From an uncultured Flavobacterium sp. (GTDB lineage: Bacteria; Bacteroidota; Bacteroidia; Flavobacteriales; Flavobacteriaceae): a stretch of 36,893 nt of DNA. Location: NCBI GenBank assembly GCA_965366105.1, contig CBDUEE010000001.1, forward strand, positions 1 through 36,893, in the 5' to 3' direction. A model generated the notes under the pieces. That model saw only the letters and a list, made by a program, of their open reading frames with translations, searched no databases and had not been told where the DNA came from. Every line of letters starts with the position of its first letter. Position 1 is the first letter of the stretch. Shown here piece after piece: positions 18,542 through 28,234 of the stretch. Position numbers and translations under genes: made by a program.

Positions 18542-18756
18542 ATTTTATACTTTGTAATAAAACACATATTGCAACAGATTATAACATAAACCCTTACAAA
18601 TAAAAAGATACACAAATAAAGTTCCAAAATAAATACAGTAAAATTACAGTAGTACTTAAAAAAAACCCTACTATACTTTGAACATGCCCAATAGTACCTA
18701 CCTTTTTAGGACCTGTTCAACTTCCATAATCGAGATTTTTGATTCTTTTATTAGAA

Positions 18757-21504
18757 CTATTCTGTAGTGTCTTTTGTCTCTTCTAAGTCTTCTGAATTTC
18801 TACCTATTTTTACTTTTGGATTGTCTTTGTTTCCTGTTATTATCAGTGGTACACCAATAATTCCTAATGGTGGTAATCCCAATCTCATTTTAATATTTAA
18901 CTTCCCGTCTAAACTTGTTGTCCCCTCTATTCGAGGTCTAAATCCTGCAAATTTAAACTTGAATCTTTCCAGAGTAATGATATTATTTTTTATAGAACTC
19001 TTGATGTCGATTTTGTTTATCTCCGGATTTTTTAAACCTTTATGATTTGTTTTACTTGCCACAGCATTAAACATTTTTAGACCATGAAATTTTATATTTT
19101 TTACTGAAATAATACCATTGCCAACTAAAGAAGGAAATACAGGATCCATATTTTCATTTAGCTTGCCTTTTAAATTATAGTCTAAAGACACAACTCCTTC
19201 TGCTTTTTCAGCAGAAGTTGCCATTTCTCTAAAAAGCTTTACTTCATTGTACGCCCTTTTAATATCAAATTCAGTTGCTTTTATATGATAATTAAATAAG
19301 GCTTTTTTTAGCGTTATATTTTGGTAAGTTGCATCCATATTAACGTTGCAACCAATTAAGTTAAAACCTGAATTTTGCATAGTTAATACACCTTTTTTTA
19401 ATTTTAGTGTTCCTTTAGCTTGTTTAAGAGTTAGTCCGTTAAAGTCTACCTTTTGGGCATTACCTTCCAGGAACAAATCAAGGTTGGGTGGAATCACAAT
19501 AACGCCTTTACTTGCAACATCAACTTTCGAACTGGAAGTTTTTTCTGCAGTTGTGGCCGGAAAAATTTTATTTGTTGTCGACATGAATTCATCAGCATTA
19601 ATAAAGTTTGAATTCAAAGAAAATGTACCTCTTAAAACTCCATTTTTGGAAGCCATAAAATTAAATACATTCTGAAAATAACCGCTCATCTTAAAATCAG
19701 ATTGACTATAAGAAGCCAAGAAAGTGTTGAAATTCATTTTGTCTTGGTTGAACTTAAATATTCCTTGCTTGATCAGAAAGTTCTTTGGTAGATATTGGGT
19801 TACTACATTAATATTGCGAATTTCTAAAGTACCACTGTTATGCAGTTTTGAATACCTACCTTTTTCAGCATCACTTTGATTTCCTTTTAAATGTAAATCT
19901 GCTTTTACAAATCCTTGCATTTTTAAACCTTCTTGCGAAAAAACTTTATATATCTTGGCAATATCTAAAGTTCCTTTGGCTTTGATATCATAAGTTAGAT
20001 TTTTGAAATTACTAAGTTCAGCATAAACAAAAATTGGATTTTCTTCAAAAGTAAATTGCGCCGGTTTTGTAATTACTTTTAAGTCGTCAAAGGTACCTTT
20101 GGTATTAGAAATAGTAGATACAATTTGGATATTAGTAATTGGATTTGGATAATATTTCGTTTTCAGATATCCTTCTTTTAATTCAATTGTTGCATTGGTA
20201 ACTGGAAAAACACCTTTCTTTTGATCGAATATTCCTTTTGCTTTTACATCAGCTACAAGAATTCCTTTTACTTCTATGTCTGGAACTCCAAGTGCTCGGT
20301 TTAACTTCCCTAAATTAATCTTCGCATCTAGATTTGCATCAACTTGAGCAATAGTTATCCCGGTGCTATATAGTTTAGTTTTTAAATAATCGGCTCCCAT
20401 ATTTAAAGACAAATTCTTTAAATCTATAATGACAAGATCAGGATTTAATGAAGGAATCTTGGTGGCAAAATCTAGATTTAAATGAGTTATTGGAGTTGCA
20501 CTTTTATTGTAATTGACAAAACCATCTCTTATTTTGAAATCAAGATTAAGTGCTGGCGCAATATTTTCCGATGCAATGTACCGTCCTTTCAAAGTTAAAA
20601 GAAAATCGGTGAATCCTTTTAATTCTGTTTTATCCAACCAGGTGATAAATTTTGGAGGGAAAGCGGTAAAGAAATCGTTTAGATTGCTATTGGTCGTTTT
20701 CAGAATAAAATCCATGTTGTAGCCTTCTTTCAAGAAATCGAATTTTCCTTTAAAATCAACAAGAAGATTGTTTATTTTCAAATCATTTTGCTCAAAAATA
20801 AACGAAAGTGAGTTCAAATTTACTTTAGTAATCAAATCGGCATTTACCTTTTTGTTCATCAAGTACGGTTCGTTATCATAGAGAACATTTAGTTTATCGA
20901 TTTTTGCCTTAGAGTATAAATCAAAAACTGCTTTGCTTAAATCGCCTTTTCCTAAATACTCGAAACCAAATATATCAAAGTGAAGTTTCGTAGTTAAATC
21001 ATCATAAACAATTTTGCTGTTTTTGATTTCTATTTTCTCTAATTTCAAAGAACTGTCTTCACTTTTCTGCTTCGTTTGGGTAGTATGAGCTTTGTAAACA
21101 TTATAATTAGCAATTCCTTCCTTACTTACTTTTACATTTATATCAGCATTAGAAACAAAAATTTTATCAATATTTATTGATTTCCCAAACAGCAAGCTTG
21201 AAACATTGATACCAAAAGCAATTTCTTTCGCTGTAACCAGTTTCTCCTTTTCATAAGGAGCAGATCCGCTGAGTTCAAATTGCTCTAAACCCACTGTTAA
21301 AGAAGGAAAGTGATTGAAAAAAGAAATATTAGATTCGGAATAATCGAGTTTTGCATTTAGTTTTTCATTGGCAATTTTCTTAATCTCTGCATTAATTTTG
21401 TCTGCAAAAATATAAGGCGCAATAACCATAAATGCTAATAAAGTGATTAGGGAAATCCCTATATATTTTAGTATTTTGAGAGAAATAGATTTTAAAGATG
21501 GCAT
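18757..21504 (-). CDS. AsmA-like (repeating beta-groove) lipid-transfer family protein
   Basis: 915 aa; single N-terminal TM anchor, SFFNHFPSLTV, long amphipathic beta pattern, C-terminal GTTSLDGKLN...VPLIITG..DNPKV. Confidence 0.8.
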   Translation of the reverse strand: MPSLKSISLKILKYIGISLITLLAFMVIAPYIFADKINAEIKKIANEKLNAKLDYSESNISFFNHFPSLTVGLEQFELSGSAPYEKEKLVTAKEIAFGINVSSLLFGKSINIDKIFVSNADINVKVSKEGIANYNVYKAHTTQTKQKSEDSSLKLEKIEIKNSKIVYDDLTTKLHFDIFGFEYLGKGDLSKAVFDLYSKAKIDKLNVLYDNEPYLMNKKVNADLITKVNLNSLSFIFEQNDLKINNLLVDFKGKFDFLKEGYNMDFILKTTNSNLNDFFTAFPPKFITWLDKTELKGFTDFLLTLKGRYIASENIAPALNLDFKIRDGFVNYNKSATPITHLNLDFATKIPSLNPDLVIIDLKNLSLNMGADYLKTKLYSTGITIAQVDANLDAKINLGKLNRALGVPDIEVKGILVADVKAKGIFDQKKGVFPVTNATIELKEGYLKTKYYPNPITNIQIVSTISNTKGTFDDLKVITKPAQFTFEENPIFVYAELSNFKNLTYDIKAKGTLDIAKIYKVFSQEGLKMQGFVKADLHLKGNQSDAEKGRYSKLHNSGTLEIRNINVVTQYLPKNFLIKQGIFKFNQDKMNFNTFLASYSQSDFKMSGYFQNVFNFMASKNGVLRGTFSLNSNFINADEFMSTTNKIFPATTAEKTSSSKVDVASKGVIVIPPNLDLFLEGNAQKVDFNGLTLKQAKGTLKLKKGVLTMQNSGFNLIGCNVNMDATYQNITLKKALFNYHIKATEFDIKRAYNEVKLFREMATSAEKAEGVVSLDYNLKGKLNENMDPVFPSLVGNGIISVKNIKFHGLKMFNAVASKTNHKGLKNPEINKIDIKSSIKNNIITLERFKFKFAGFRPRIEGTTSLDGKLNIKMRLGLPPLGIIGVPLIITGNKDNPKVKIGRNSEDLEETKDTTE

Positions 21505-21558
21505 TTTAAATAATTAATTATGCTTAAGCAATAGGATATTTTTTATGGAATAATAATA

Positions 21559-22140
21559 TTAACCGTGTACAGTTTCATTTTTACCATAGTTAACAATGAT
21601 CGATGTTTCAAATTCGATCCATTCTTGCCATCGCTTGTCAACATCAACATTGTCTGCATATTTCCTTGCAAAACCTAAAAAAGTAGTATAATGTCCGGCT
21701 TCACTTATCATTAAGTCGCGATAGAATTTCGCTAATTCTGGATCGCTAATATTTTCGGATAACACTTTGAAACGCTCACAACTTCTGGCTTCAATCATAG
21801 CCGAAAAAAGCAATCGATCGCATAAAGCATCCTTGCGGCTTCCGTCTTTTTTCATGAATTTAAAAAGCTCGTTAACATAGTGGTCTTTGCGCTCTCTTCC
21901 TAAAGTCAGTCCTTTGCTTTTTATCAAATCATGAACCATTTGCAAATGTTCTAATTCTTCGCGTGCAATCACTAATAATTCGGTGACTAATTCCTCCAAT
22001 TCAGAGTTATAAGTGATTAAACTTATCGCATTCGAAGCTGCTTTTTGTTCACACCAAGCATGGTCTGTCAAAATTTCTTCGATATTCGACTCTACTATAT
22101 TTACCCATCTTGGGTCTGTGGCTAATTTTAATCCTAACAT
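21559..22140 (-). CDS. miaE: tRNA-(ms2io6A) hydroxylase, ferritin-like di-iron protein
   Basis: DHAWCEQKAA, EELEH, IEARSCERF, SEAGH. Confidence 0.92.
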   Translation of the reverse strand: MLGLKLATDPRWVNIVESNIEEILTDHAWCEQKAASNAISLITYNSELEELVTELLVIAREELEHLQMVHDLIKSKGLTLGRERKDHYVNELFKFMKKDGSRKDALCDRLLFSAMIEARSCERFKVLSENISDPELAKFYRDLMISEAGHYTTFLGFARKYADNVDVDKRWQEWIEFETSIIVNYGKNETVHG

Positions 22141-22159
22141 GGCAAGGGAATTTTTTTTG

Positions 22160-22167
22160 CAAAATTA
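22160..22167 (-). promoter_or_regulatory. -7 promoter element (TAATTTTG) for miaE
   Basis: TAnnTTTG 19 nt before the ATG at 22140. Confidence 0.55.
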
Positions 22168-22258
22168 GTGTTTTATAACTTAATTTTAAATCAAATGAGC
22201 GGATTACCATTAAAATACCATTATTTTGCAGTAATAATTTTTTATAAATTGAAATCTA

Positions 22259-23494
22259 ATGAAATCACTTTTAATACTAGGTTTTGTTTGGCCAGAACCT
22301 AATTCTTCTGCGGCAGGCGGAAGAATGATGCAATTGATTTCGCTCTTTCAAGAACAAGGATTTCAAGTAACTTTTGCGAGTCCGGCTCAAGACAGCGACT
22401 TTATGGTTGATTTGAGTCAGTACAATGTCGAAAAAAAATCAATTGTTTTGAACTGTTCCAGTTTTGATACTTTCGTAAAAGATTTAAACCCGACCGTTGT
22501 ATTGTTCGATCGTTTTATGATCGAAGAACAATTTGGCTGGCGTGTAGCCGAAAATTACCCAAATGCGCTCCGAATTTTAGATACTGAAGACTTACATTGT
22601 TTGCGATTTGCCAGGCAAAAAGCGTTCAAAGAAAAGCGAGCATTTCAAGCTACAGATTTATTGCTGGAAGAAATTGCCAAAAGAGAAATTGCGAGTATTT
22701 TGCGTTGTGACCTTTCGTTGATGATTTCGGAATATGAAATGGAATTGCTAAAGACTACTTTTAAAGTTGACAATAGCTTATTGTATTATTTACCGTTTTT
22801 ATTAGAATCTGATCAAATTCCTGAATTAGAAAAGTTACCTTCTTTTGAAGATCGAAAAAATTTTGTTTTTATTGGTAATTTTCTTCATGAACCGAATTGG
22901 AATGTCGTTCAGTATTTGAAAGAAACGATTTGGCCATTAATTAAAAAACAACTACCAGAAGCCGTTTTAAATATTTATGGCGCTTATCCTTCTCAAAAAG
23001 TGTTACAACTAAATAATATAAAAGAAGGTTTTTTGATTAAGGGTCGTGCAGAATACGCCACCGAAGTAGTTGCAAAAGCACGAGTTGTTTTAGCTCCTTT
23101 GCGCTTTGGGGCGGGAATAAAAGGTAAATTATTAGAAGCAATGCAATGCGGAACACCAAGTGTCACTACGACTATCGGAGCGGAGTCGATGCACGATGTT
23201 TTGCCGTGGAATGGATTTATAGAAGATGATCCTGAAGTTTTTGCTGACAAAGCGATTCAACTTTATGAAAAACAAAATCTTTGGCTAAAAGCACAAATTT
23301 GTGGATTAATTATTATTCAGAAACGGTATTTGAAAGTATTATTTGAAAATAACTTTAACGTCAAAGTTCACTATTTGCTAAACAATTTACAAAAACATCG
23401 TCAGAATAATTTTATGGGAGAATTGCTACAGCATCATACAATGAGAAGCACAAAATATATGTCAAAGTGGATCGAAGAAAAGAATAAGAAATAA
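22259..23494 (+). CDS. Glycosyltransferase, GT-B fold (family 4-like)
   Basis: WPEPNSSAAG, DTEDLH, FIGNFLHEPN, APLRFGAGIKGKLLEAMQCGTPSVTT. Confidence 0.88.
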   Translation: MKSLLILGFVWPEPNSSAAGGRMMQLISLFQEQGFQVTFASPAQDSDFMVDLSQYNVEKKSIVLNCSSFDTFVKDLNPTVVLFDRFMIEEQFGWRVAENYPNALRILDTEDLHCLRFARQKAFKEKRAFQATDLLLEEIAKREIASILRCDLSLMISEYEMELLKTTFKVDNSLLYYLPFLLESDQIPELEKLPSFEDRKNFVFIGNFLHEPNWNVVQYLKETIWPLIKKQLPEAVLNIYGAYPSQKVLQLNNIKEGFLIKGRAEYATEVVAKARVVLAPLRFGAGIKGKLLEAMQCGTPSVTTTIGAESMHDVLPWNGFIEDDPEVFADKAIQLYEKQNLWLKAQICGLIIIQKRYLKVLFENNFNVKVHYLLNNLQKHRQNNFMGELLQHHTMRSTKYMSKWIEEKNKK

Positions 23495-23520
23495 AATAAT
23501 GGTGTTATTTTTCTGGTTTT

Positions 23521-23622
23521 GCATAAGGGATGGAAGCGATATCCTTTTATGGAATGCAATGGAATAAAAGATATAGCGTACAGCCGGACCGCACTGTAAC
23601 GATAGTGAAAGTGGGGATATGC
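23521..23622 (+). ncRNA. Second structured element with periodic G.A-mismatch stem (Flavo-1-like RNA motif/repeat)
   Basis: GGATGGAAGCGATATC pairs with GATATAGCGTACAGCC in the same register as the 5468-5610 element; inner TTTTAT/ATAAAA; second hairpin CACT/AGTG; closing GCATA/TATGC. Confidence 0.6.
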
Positions 23623-23628
23623 CCGAAT

Positions 23629-23663
23629 AAAAAACCCGTCAAGATTTACTCAAGACGGGTTTT
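23629..23663 (-). terminator. Intrinsic terminator (possibly bidirectional) after pdhC
   Basis: AAAAAACCCGTC...GACGGGTTTT between convergent genes. Confidence 0.8.
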
Positions 23664-23684
23664 AGTTTTATACTAAAGCAGTAC

Positions 23685-25322
23685 TTATGCAAGCATAGTC
23701 ACTGGATTTTCTATGTATTGTTTTAATGTTTGTAAGAACTGCGCTCCAGTTGCACCATCGATAGTACGGTGGTCGCAAGCAAGTGATAACATCATTGTGT
23801 TTCCTACAACAATTTGTCCGTTTTTAACTACTGGTTTCTCAACAATTGCACCTACAGAAAGGATAGCTGAGTTCGGTTGGTTGATGATCGAGTTGAATTC
23901 AGTGATACCAAACATTCCAAGATTAGAAACCGTAAAAGTACTTCCTTCCATTTCAGTTGGTAGTAATTTTTTGTTCTTCGCTCTTCCAGCAAGATCTCTC
24001 ACATTACCGCCTATTTGAGATAAACTCATTGCATCTGTAAATTTCAATACAGGAACAACTAATCCATCTTCAACAGCTACGGCAACTCCAATGTTTACAT
24101 GGTGATTGATGATAATTACATCTTCTTTCCATTGAGAGTTTATTTTTGGATGTTTTTTTAATGCTAAAGCACATGCTTTGATTACCATATCATTAAAAGA
24201 TACTTTGGTATCTGGAACGCTATTGATAATTGCTCTTGATTTCATCGCATCATCCATAGTAACTTCAATAACTAAATTGTAGTGCGGTGCGGTAAATAAA
24301 GATTCAGCTAAACGTTTCGCAATGATTTTACGCATTTGCGAATTTTTGATTTCTTCACTAAATACTTCTCCAGCAGGAACAAATACTTTTGCAACTGGTG
24401 TAGTAGCAACATCTGTTTTAGCAGGTGTAGCAGCAGCTTGTGAAGCGGCAGTAGCAGGAGTAAAGTTTTCGATATCGCTTTTGACAATACGTCCGTTTTC
24501 CCCAGAACCTTTTACTTGGTTTAATTGAATTCCTTTGTCACTTGCAATTTTCTTTGCCAATGGTGATGCCAAAATTCGTTGCCCGTCTGCTGGTACTTCT
24601 TGAACAATAGGTTCAGCCGATTTCTCAGTTGAATCTGTTTCTTTTTCTTGTGTTGCAACTGGAGCCACTTGTTTTGCTCCTCCAGTTTTATAATTGGTAG
24701 CAATTCCGCTTATATCAGTTCCTGCAGGCCCTATTATTGCTAAAAGACTGTCAACAGGTGCAGTATTTCCTTCTTGGATACCTATGTATAACAAAGTTCC
24801 TTCGTTAAAAGACTCAAATTCCATCGTTGCTTTATCGGTTTCGATTTCGGCTAGAATATCACCTTCACTAACTTTATCGCCTACTTTTTTTAACCAAGTT
24901 GCTACAGTTCCTTCAGTCATTGTATCACTTAGACGAGGCATGGTGATTACTACAACTCCTTTAGGCAAGGATGTTATTGGATTAGCCGCTACTTGATTTT
25001 CATCTTTTGCAACTTCCTTAGAAGCTGGAGTAGAAGTAATTTCTGGTGTAGTATCTCCAGCAATTAATGCTGAAATATCCTCACCTTCTTTCCCTATGAT
25101 TGCTAATAATGAGTCTACTGCTGCAGTTTCACCTGCAGGTATTCCTATATATAAAAGAGTTCCTTCATTGAAAGACTCAAATTCCATTGTTGCTTTGTCA
25201 GTTTCAATTTCAGCTAGAATATCTCCTTCACTAATTTTGTCTCCTACTTTTTTTAGCCAAGCTGCTACCGTTCCTTCCGTCATCGTATCGCTCAAACGAG
25301 GCATTGTAATTATTGTTGCCAT
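23685..25322 (-). CDS. pdhC: Pyruvate dehydrogenase E2, dihydrolipoamide acetyltransferase (two lipoyl domains)
   Basis: Two near-identical MPRLSDTMTEG...IETDKATME domains, ASPLAKK E3-binding domain, catalytic DHRTIDG. Confidence 0.96.
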   Translation of the reverse strand: MATIITMPRLSDTMTEGTVAAWLKKVGDKISEGDILAEIETDKATMEFESFNEGTLLYIGIPAGETAAVDSLLAIIGKEGEDISALIAGDTTPEITSTPASKEVAKDENQVAANPITSLPKGVVVITMPRLSDTMTEGTVATWLKKVGDKVSEGDILAEIETDKATMEFESFNEGTLLYIGIQEGNTAPVDSLLAIIGPAGTDISGIATNYKTGGAKQVAPVATQEKETDSTEKSAEPIVQEVPADGQRILASPLAKKIASDKGIQLNQVKGSGENGRIVKSDIENFTPATAASQAAATPAKTDVATTPVAKVFVPAGEVFSEEIKNSQMRKIIAKRLAESLFTAPHYNLVIEVTMDDAMKSRAIINSVPDTKVSFNDMVIKACALALKKHPKINSQWKEDVIIINHHVNIGVAVAVEDGLVVPVLKFTDAMSLSQIGGNVRDLAGRAKNKKLLPTEMEGSTFTVSNLGMFGITEFNSIINQPNSAILSVGAIVEKPVVKNGQIVVGNTMMLSLACDHRTIDGATGAQFLQTLKQYIENPVTMLA

Positions 25323-25329
25323 AATTGAT

Positions 25330-26328
25330 TTATAGTTTGTGAGGTAAAAATGGATAGTTTTCTTGGTCGTATACTACATCGTATAATTGTTGAATTGGAG
25401 GATACTCAGACTCTTCGGCAAATGTTACACATTCTTCTACTAAATCTTTTACTCTTTGGTCAATTACTTCGATTTCTTCTTCTGTAGCGTATTTTTGATC
25501 TTTTATTACATCTAAAACTTGCGTAATTGGATCGATTTTTTTGTATTCTTCAACCTCTTCTTTTGAGCGGTATAATTGTGCATCTGACATAGAGTGGCCT
25601 CTATAACGGTATGTTTTCATTTCTAGAAAAGTAGGTCCGTCGCCACGACGTGCTCTATCAATTGCTTCTGTCATTGCTTCGGCAACCTTCACAGGATTCA
25701 TTCCGTCAACTGGTCCACAAGGCATTTCATACCCCAGACCCAATTTCCATATATCCGTATGATTAGCTGTTCTTTCTACAGAAGTTCCCATTGCATAACC
25801 GTTATTTTCTACGATGAATACAACTGGAAGTTTCCACAACATAGCCATATTAAAAGCTTCGTGTAAAGAACCTTGACGTGCTGCACCATCACCAAAATAA
25901 GTCATAGTTACACCACCCGTTTCAAAATATTTATCTGCAAAAGCTAATCCTGCTCCTACTGGAATTTGTCCACCTACAATTCCGTGACCTCCATAAAAAC
26001 GGTGTTCTTTAGAAAATATATGCATTGAACCACCCATACCTTTTGATGTTCCAGTAACTTTTCCTAAAAGTTCTGCCATTACGCGCCTAGGATCAACTCC
26101 CATACCTATTGGTTGAACGTGATTTCTATAGGCAGTAATCATCTTATCTTTTGTCAAGTCCATTGCGTGCAATGCGCCTGCTAGTACAGCCTCTTGACCA
26201 TTATATAAATGTAGAAATCCTCTAACTTTTTGTTGGATGTATAATGCCGCAAGTTTGTCTTCAAACTTTCTCCAAAGTAACATGTCTTCATACCACTTTA
26301 AATATACTTCTTTTGTAACTTCTTTCAT
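25330..26328 (-). CDS. pdhA: Pyruvate dehydrogenase E1 alpha subunit
   Basis: GFLHLYNGQEA, GGSMH, TPP motif GDGA...NN, YRYRGHSMSD. Confidence 0.97.
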   Translation of the reverse strand: MKEVTKEVYLKWYEDMLLWRKFEDKLAALYIQQKVRGFLHLYNGQEAVLAGALHAMDLTKDKMITAYRNHVQPIGMGVDPRRVMAELLGKVTGTSKGMGGSMHIFSKEHRFYGGHGIVGGQIPVGAGLAFADKYFETGGVTMTYFGDGAARQGSLHEAFNMAMLWKLPVVFIVENNGYAMGTSVERTANHTDIWKLGLGYEMPCGPVDGMNPVKVAEAMTEAIDRARRGDGPTFLEMKTYRYRGHSMSDAQLYRSKEEVEEYKKIDPITQVLDVIKDQKYATEEEIEVIDQRVKDLVEECVTFAEESEYPPIQQLYDVVYDQENYPFLPHKL

Positions 26329-26408
26329 CTGATTTTTTCTTTTGCTAAAGTGTTATCAATTTGTGCCCAATAACGCAAAATAGTTTCCTCCCACAAATTT
26401 GCGAAATG

Positions 26409-26416
26409 CAAAAATA
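26409..26416 (-). promoter_or_regulatory. -7 promoter element (TATTTTTG) for pdhA-pdhC
   Basis: TAnnTTTG 80 nt upstream of the pdhA ATG. Confidence 0.5.
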
Positions 26417-26464
26417 ACACATTCAAACTTAGAACTAAAATTTAATAGATAATTTTTAGAATTT

Positions 26465-26947
26465 TTACAAGAATTTTTTATCAAACATGAATGGGAGTAA
26501 GTTTTTTAAAGATTCCGACTTATAAATAGCTCCTATTTCTCCCATAAAATAGATTTCAATTGGTGTATCTTGCCGTATTTCGTATTCTGCAATAGATTGC
26601 CTACAAGAACCACATGGCGGAATTGGCGCTGTAGTTGGGTTTGAATCCGAAGCAGCTGTAATTGCCATTTTTAATATTTTGGCATCTGGATATATTGCTC
26701 CTGCATAAAAAATAGCAACACGCTCAGCACAAAGCCCTGAAGGATAAGCTGCATTTTCTTGGTTGGAACCCAAAACCACTTTTCCGTTATCCAAAGCAAT
26801 TGCTACACCTACTCTAAATTTTGAATAAGGTGCATAGGCCTTTTTTCGAACTTCAATTGCTTGAGTCATTAAATCCTGAACTTCATTTGGCAAGTCCGTA
26901 ACAGTATCAAATACTTGGAATTTTGTTGTAAATGTTATTTCTTTCAT
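26465..26947 (-). CDS. cdd: Cytidine deaminase
   Basis: AYAPYSKFRVG, NQENAAY, CAE, PCGSCRQ zinc motif. Confidence 0.95.
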   Translation of the reverse strand: MKEITFTTKFQVFDTVTDLPNEVQDLMTQAIEVRKKAYAPYSKFRVGVAIALDNGKVVLGSNQENAAYPSGLCAERVAIFYAGAIYPDAKILKMAITAASDSNPTTAPIPPCGSCRQSIAEYEIRQDTPIEIYFMGEIGAIYKSESLKNLLPFMFDKKFL

Positions 26948-26959
26948 ATTTTTTTTAGG

Positions 26960-27011
26960 AAAAAAAATCCAAATTTCATTCCGAAAGTTCGGAACTAAAA
27001 TTTGGATTTTT
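26960..27011 (-). terminator. Long hairpin/terminator between porV and cdd
   Basis: AAAAATCCAAATTT..TTCCGAA-AG-TTCGGAA..AAATTTGGATTTTT; U tract on the minus strand. Confidence 0.7.
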
Positions 27012-27031
27012 ATTAGTGAATTAATTTTAGT

Positions 27032-28201
27032 TTAGTATTCGTCGTATTTATCTCCAAAGTTAAAAGTAAGAGAGAAACGCAATGTATTTTCTAAAGGATT
27101 TTTTACTTTAGAAGCTGAAAACAAATAAGAAACATCTACTTTGACTACATTATATTTGAAACCTGCTCCAAGAGAAAAAAATTGTCTAGCTCCTTTTAAA
27201 GGACTTTCATGAAAATACCCCATACGCATGGCAAAGGAATCTTGATATAAATATTCGGCACCTACTGCATAGGTAATTTCTTTTATTTCTTCACTAAAAC
27301 CATTAGGTGCATCGCCAAATGATTTAAAAACTCCTGATGTCCATCCCATAGAACGGTAATTATCATTGTTTTGATTGTATTCTGCAGGTGTTACAGTACC
27401 GTCACCATTTAAATCTGGGTTTTGAGGAGTTGGTACTAATAATTTATTAAATTCGACATTTAACGCCACTTTATTATAATCGTCTAAAATAAAATCAAAT
27501 CCAGTTCCTATTTTTAAATTTGCAGGTAGAAAATTAGTACTTAGCTCTGTTTTATCATAACTTATTTTTGGTCCTAAATTCTGAATATTAAATCCTGCTC
27601 TCCATCTTCCATTAAATTCAGTAAAAGCAATTTCTTCTGACTGGAAGAAACCCGCTACATCAACCGCAAATGAACTTGCAGATGATGCATCATTATTATC
27701 AGAAGCTACTTTTAGATTTGAATTAATAAATCGTCCCGCAATAGCCATGGAGAATTTCTCACTTAATTTTAAGGAATAAGAACCGTCAATAGCGAATTCG
27801 TTAGGCGAGACAATAGGAAAGGCTTCATTTGCTTCTCCTGTCTGGCGCAATTCAATTTTTCCTAAACCAAAATATCTCAAACTTCCAGCAAATGCGCTTC
27901 GTTCATTCAATTTATGATAATAGGTTAATTGTGCCAATGAAATATCATTCACTAAATCAGTAAGATAAGGCGTATAACTAACTGAAAATCCTTGCGCATC
28001 GGTAGCAAAAGCATATTTTGCAGGATTCCATTGTTGAGAAAAAGCATCCGCAGATGTTGCAACTCCCATATCGCTCATACCTGCTGCTCTAGCATCGGCC
28101 GCGACTAATAAAAATGGAACGCCAGGTGATATTACTCGGTCTTGAGCATTTGCATAAGAAATAGTGAATAGACAAATAACAATGAATAATGCTTTTTTCA
28201 T
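27032..28201 (-). CDS. porV: Type IX secretion outer-membrane shuttle PorV
   Basis: Signal peptide; GVPFLLVAADARAAGM, WNPAKYAF, NPLENTLRFSLTF; follows porU. Confidence 0.93.
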   Translation of the reverse strand: MKKALFIVICLFTISYANAQDRVISPGVPFLLVAADARAAGMSDMGVATSADAFSQQWNPAKYAFATDAQGFSVSYTPYLTDLVNDISLAQLTYYHKLNERSAFAGSLRYFGLGKIELRQTGEANEAFPIVSPNEFAIDGSYSLKLSEKFSMAIAGRFINSNLKVASDNNDASSASSFAVDVAGFFQSEEIAFTEFNGRWRAGFNIQNLGPKISYDKTELSTNFLPANLKIGTGFDFILDDYNKVALNVEFNKLLVPTPQNPDLNGDGTVTPAEYNQNNDNYRSMGWTSGVFKSFGDAPNGFSEEIKEITYAVGAEYLYQDSFAMRMGYFHESPLKGARQFFSLGAGFKYNVVKVDVSYLFSASKVKNPLENTLRFSLTFNFGDKYDEY

Positions 28202-28223
28202 TTTAAGAATAATGTTAATGGAA

Positions 28224-28231
28224 CAAATATA
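28224..28231 (-). promoter_or_regulatory. Internal -7 promoter element (TATATTTG) for porV
   Basis: Exact TAnnTTTG in the 33-bp porU-porV gap, 22 nt before the ATG. Confidence 0.55.
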
Positions 28232-28234
28232 GTA

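Noticed and set aside
18388..18603. 71-aa ORF
   Set aside because: Overlaps tRNA-Val and its terminator; a translation artefact
18434..18756. tRNA as an integration site for a prophage or island
   Set aside because: No integrase, no duplicated tRNA 3' end, and ordinary genes on both sides
23713..25335. Several + strand ORFs, two with near-identical text
   Set aside because: Antisense shadows of pdhC; the repeat is the duplicated lipoyl domain, which is normal for E2
23685..26328. pdhA-pdhC without pdhB or lpd
   Set aside because: Split PDH loci are common in Flavobacteriia; the other subunits are presumably elsewhere
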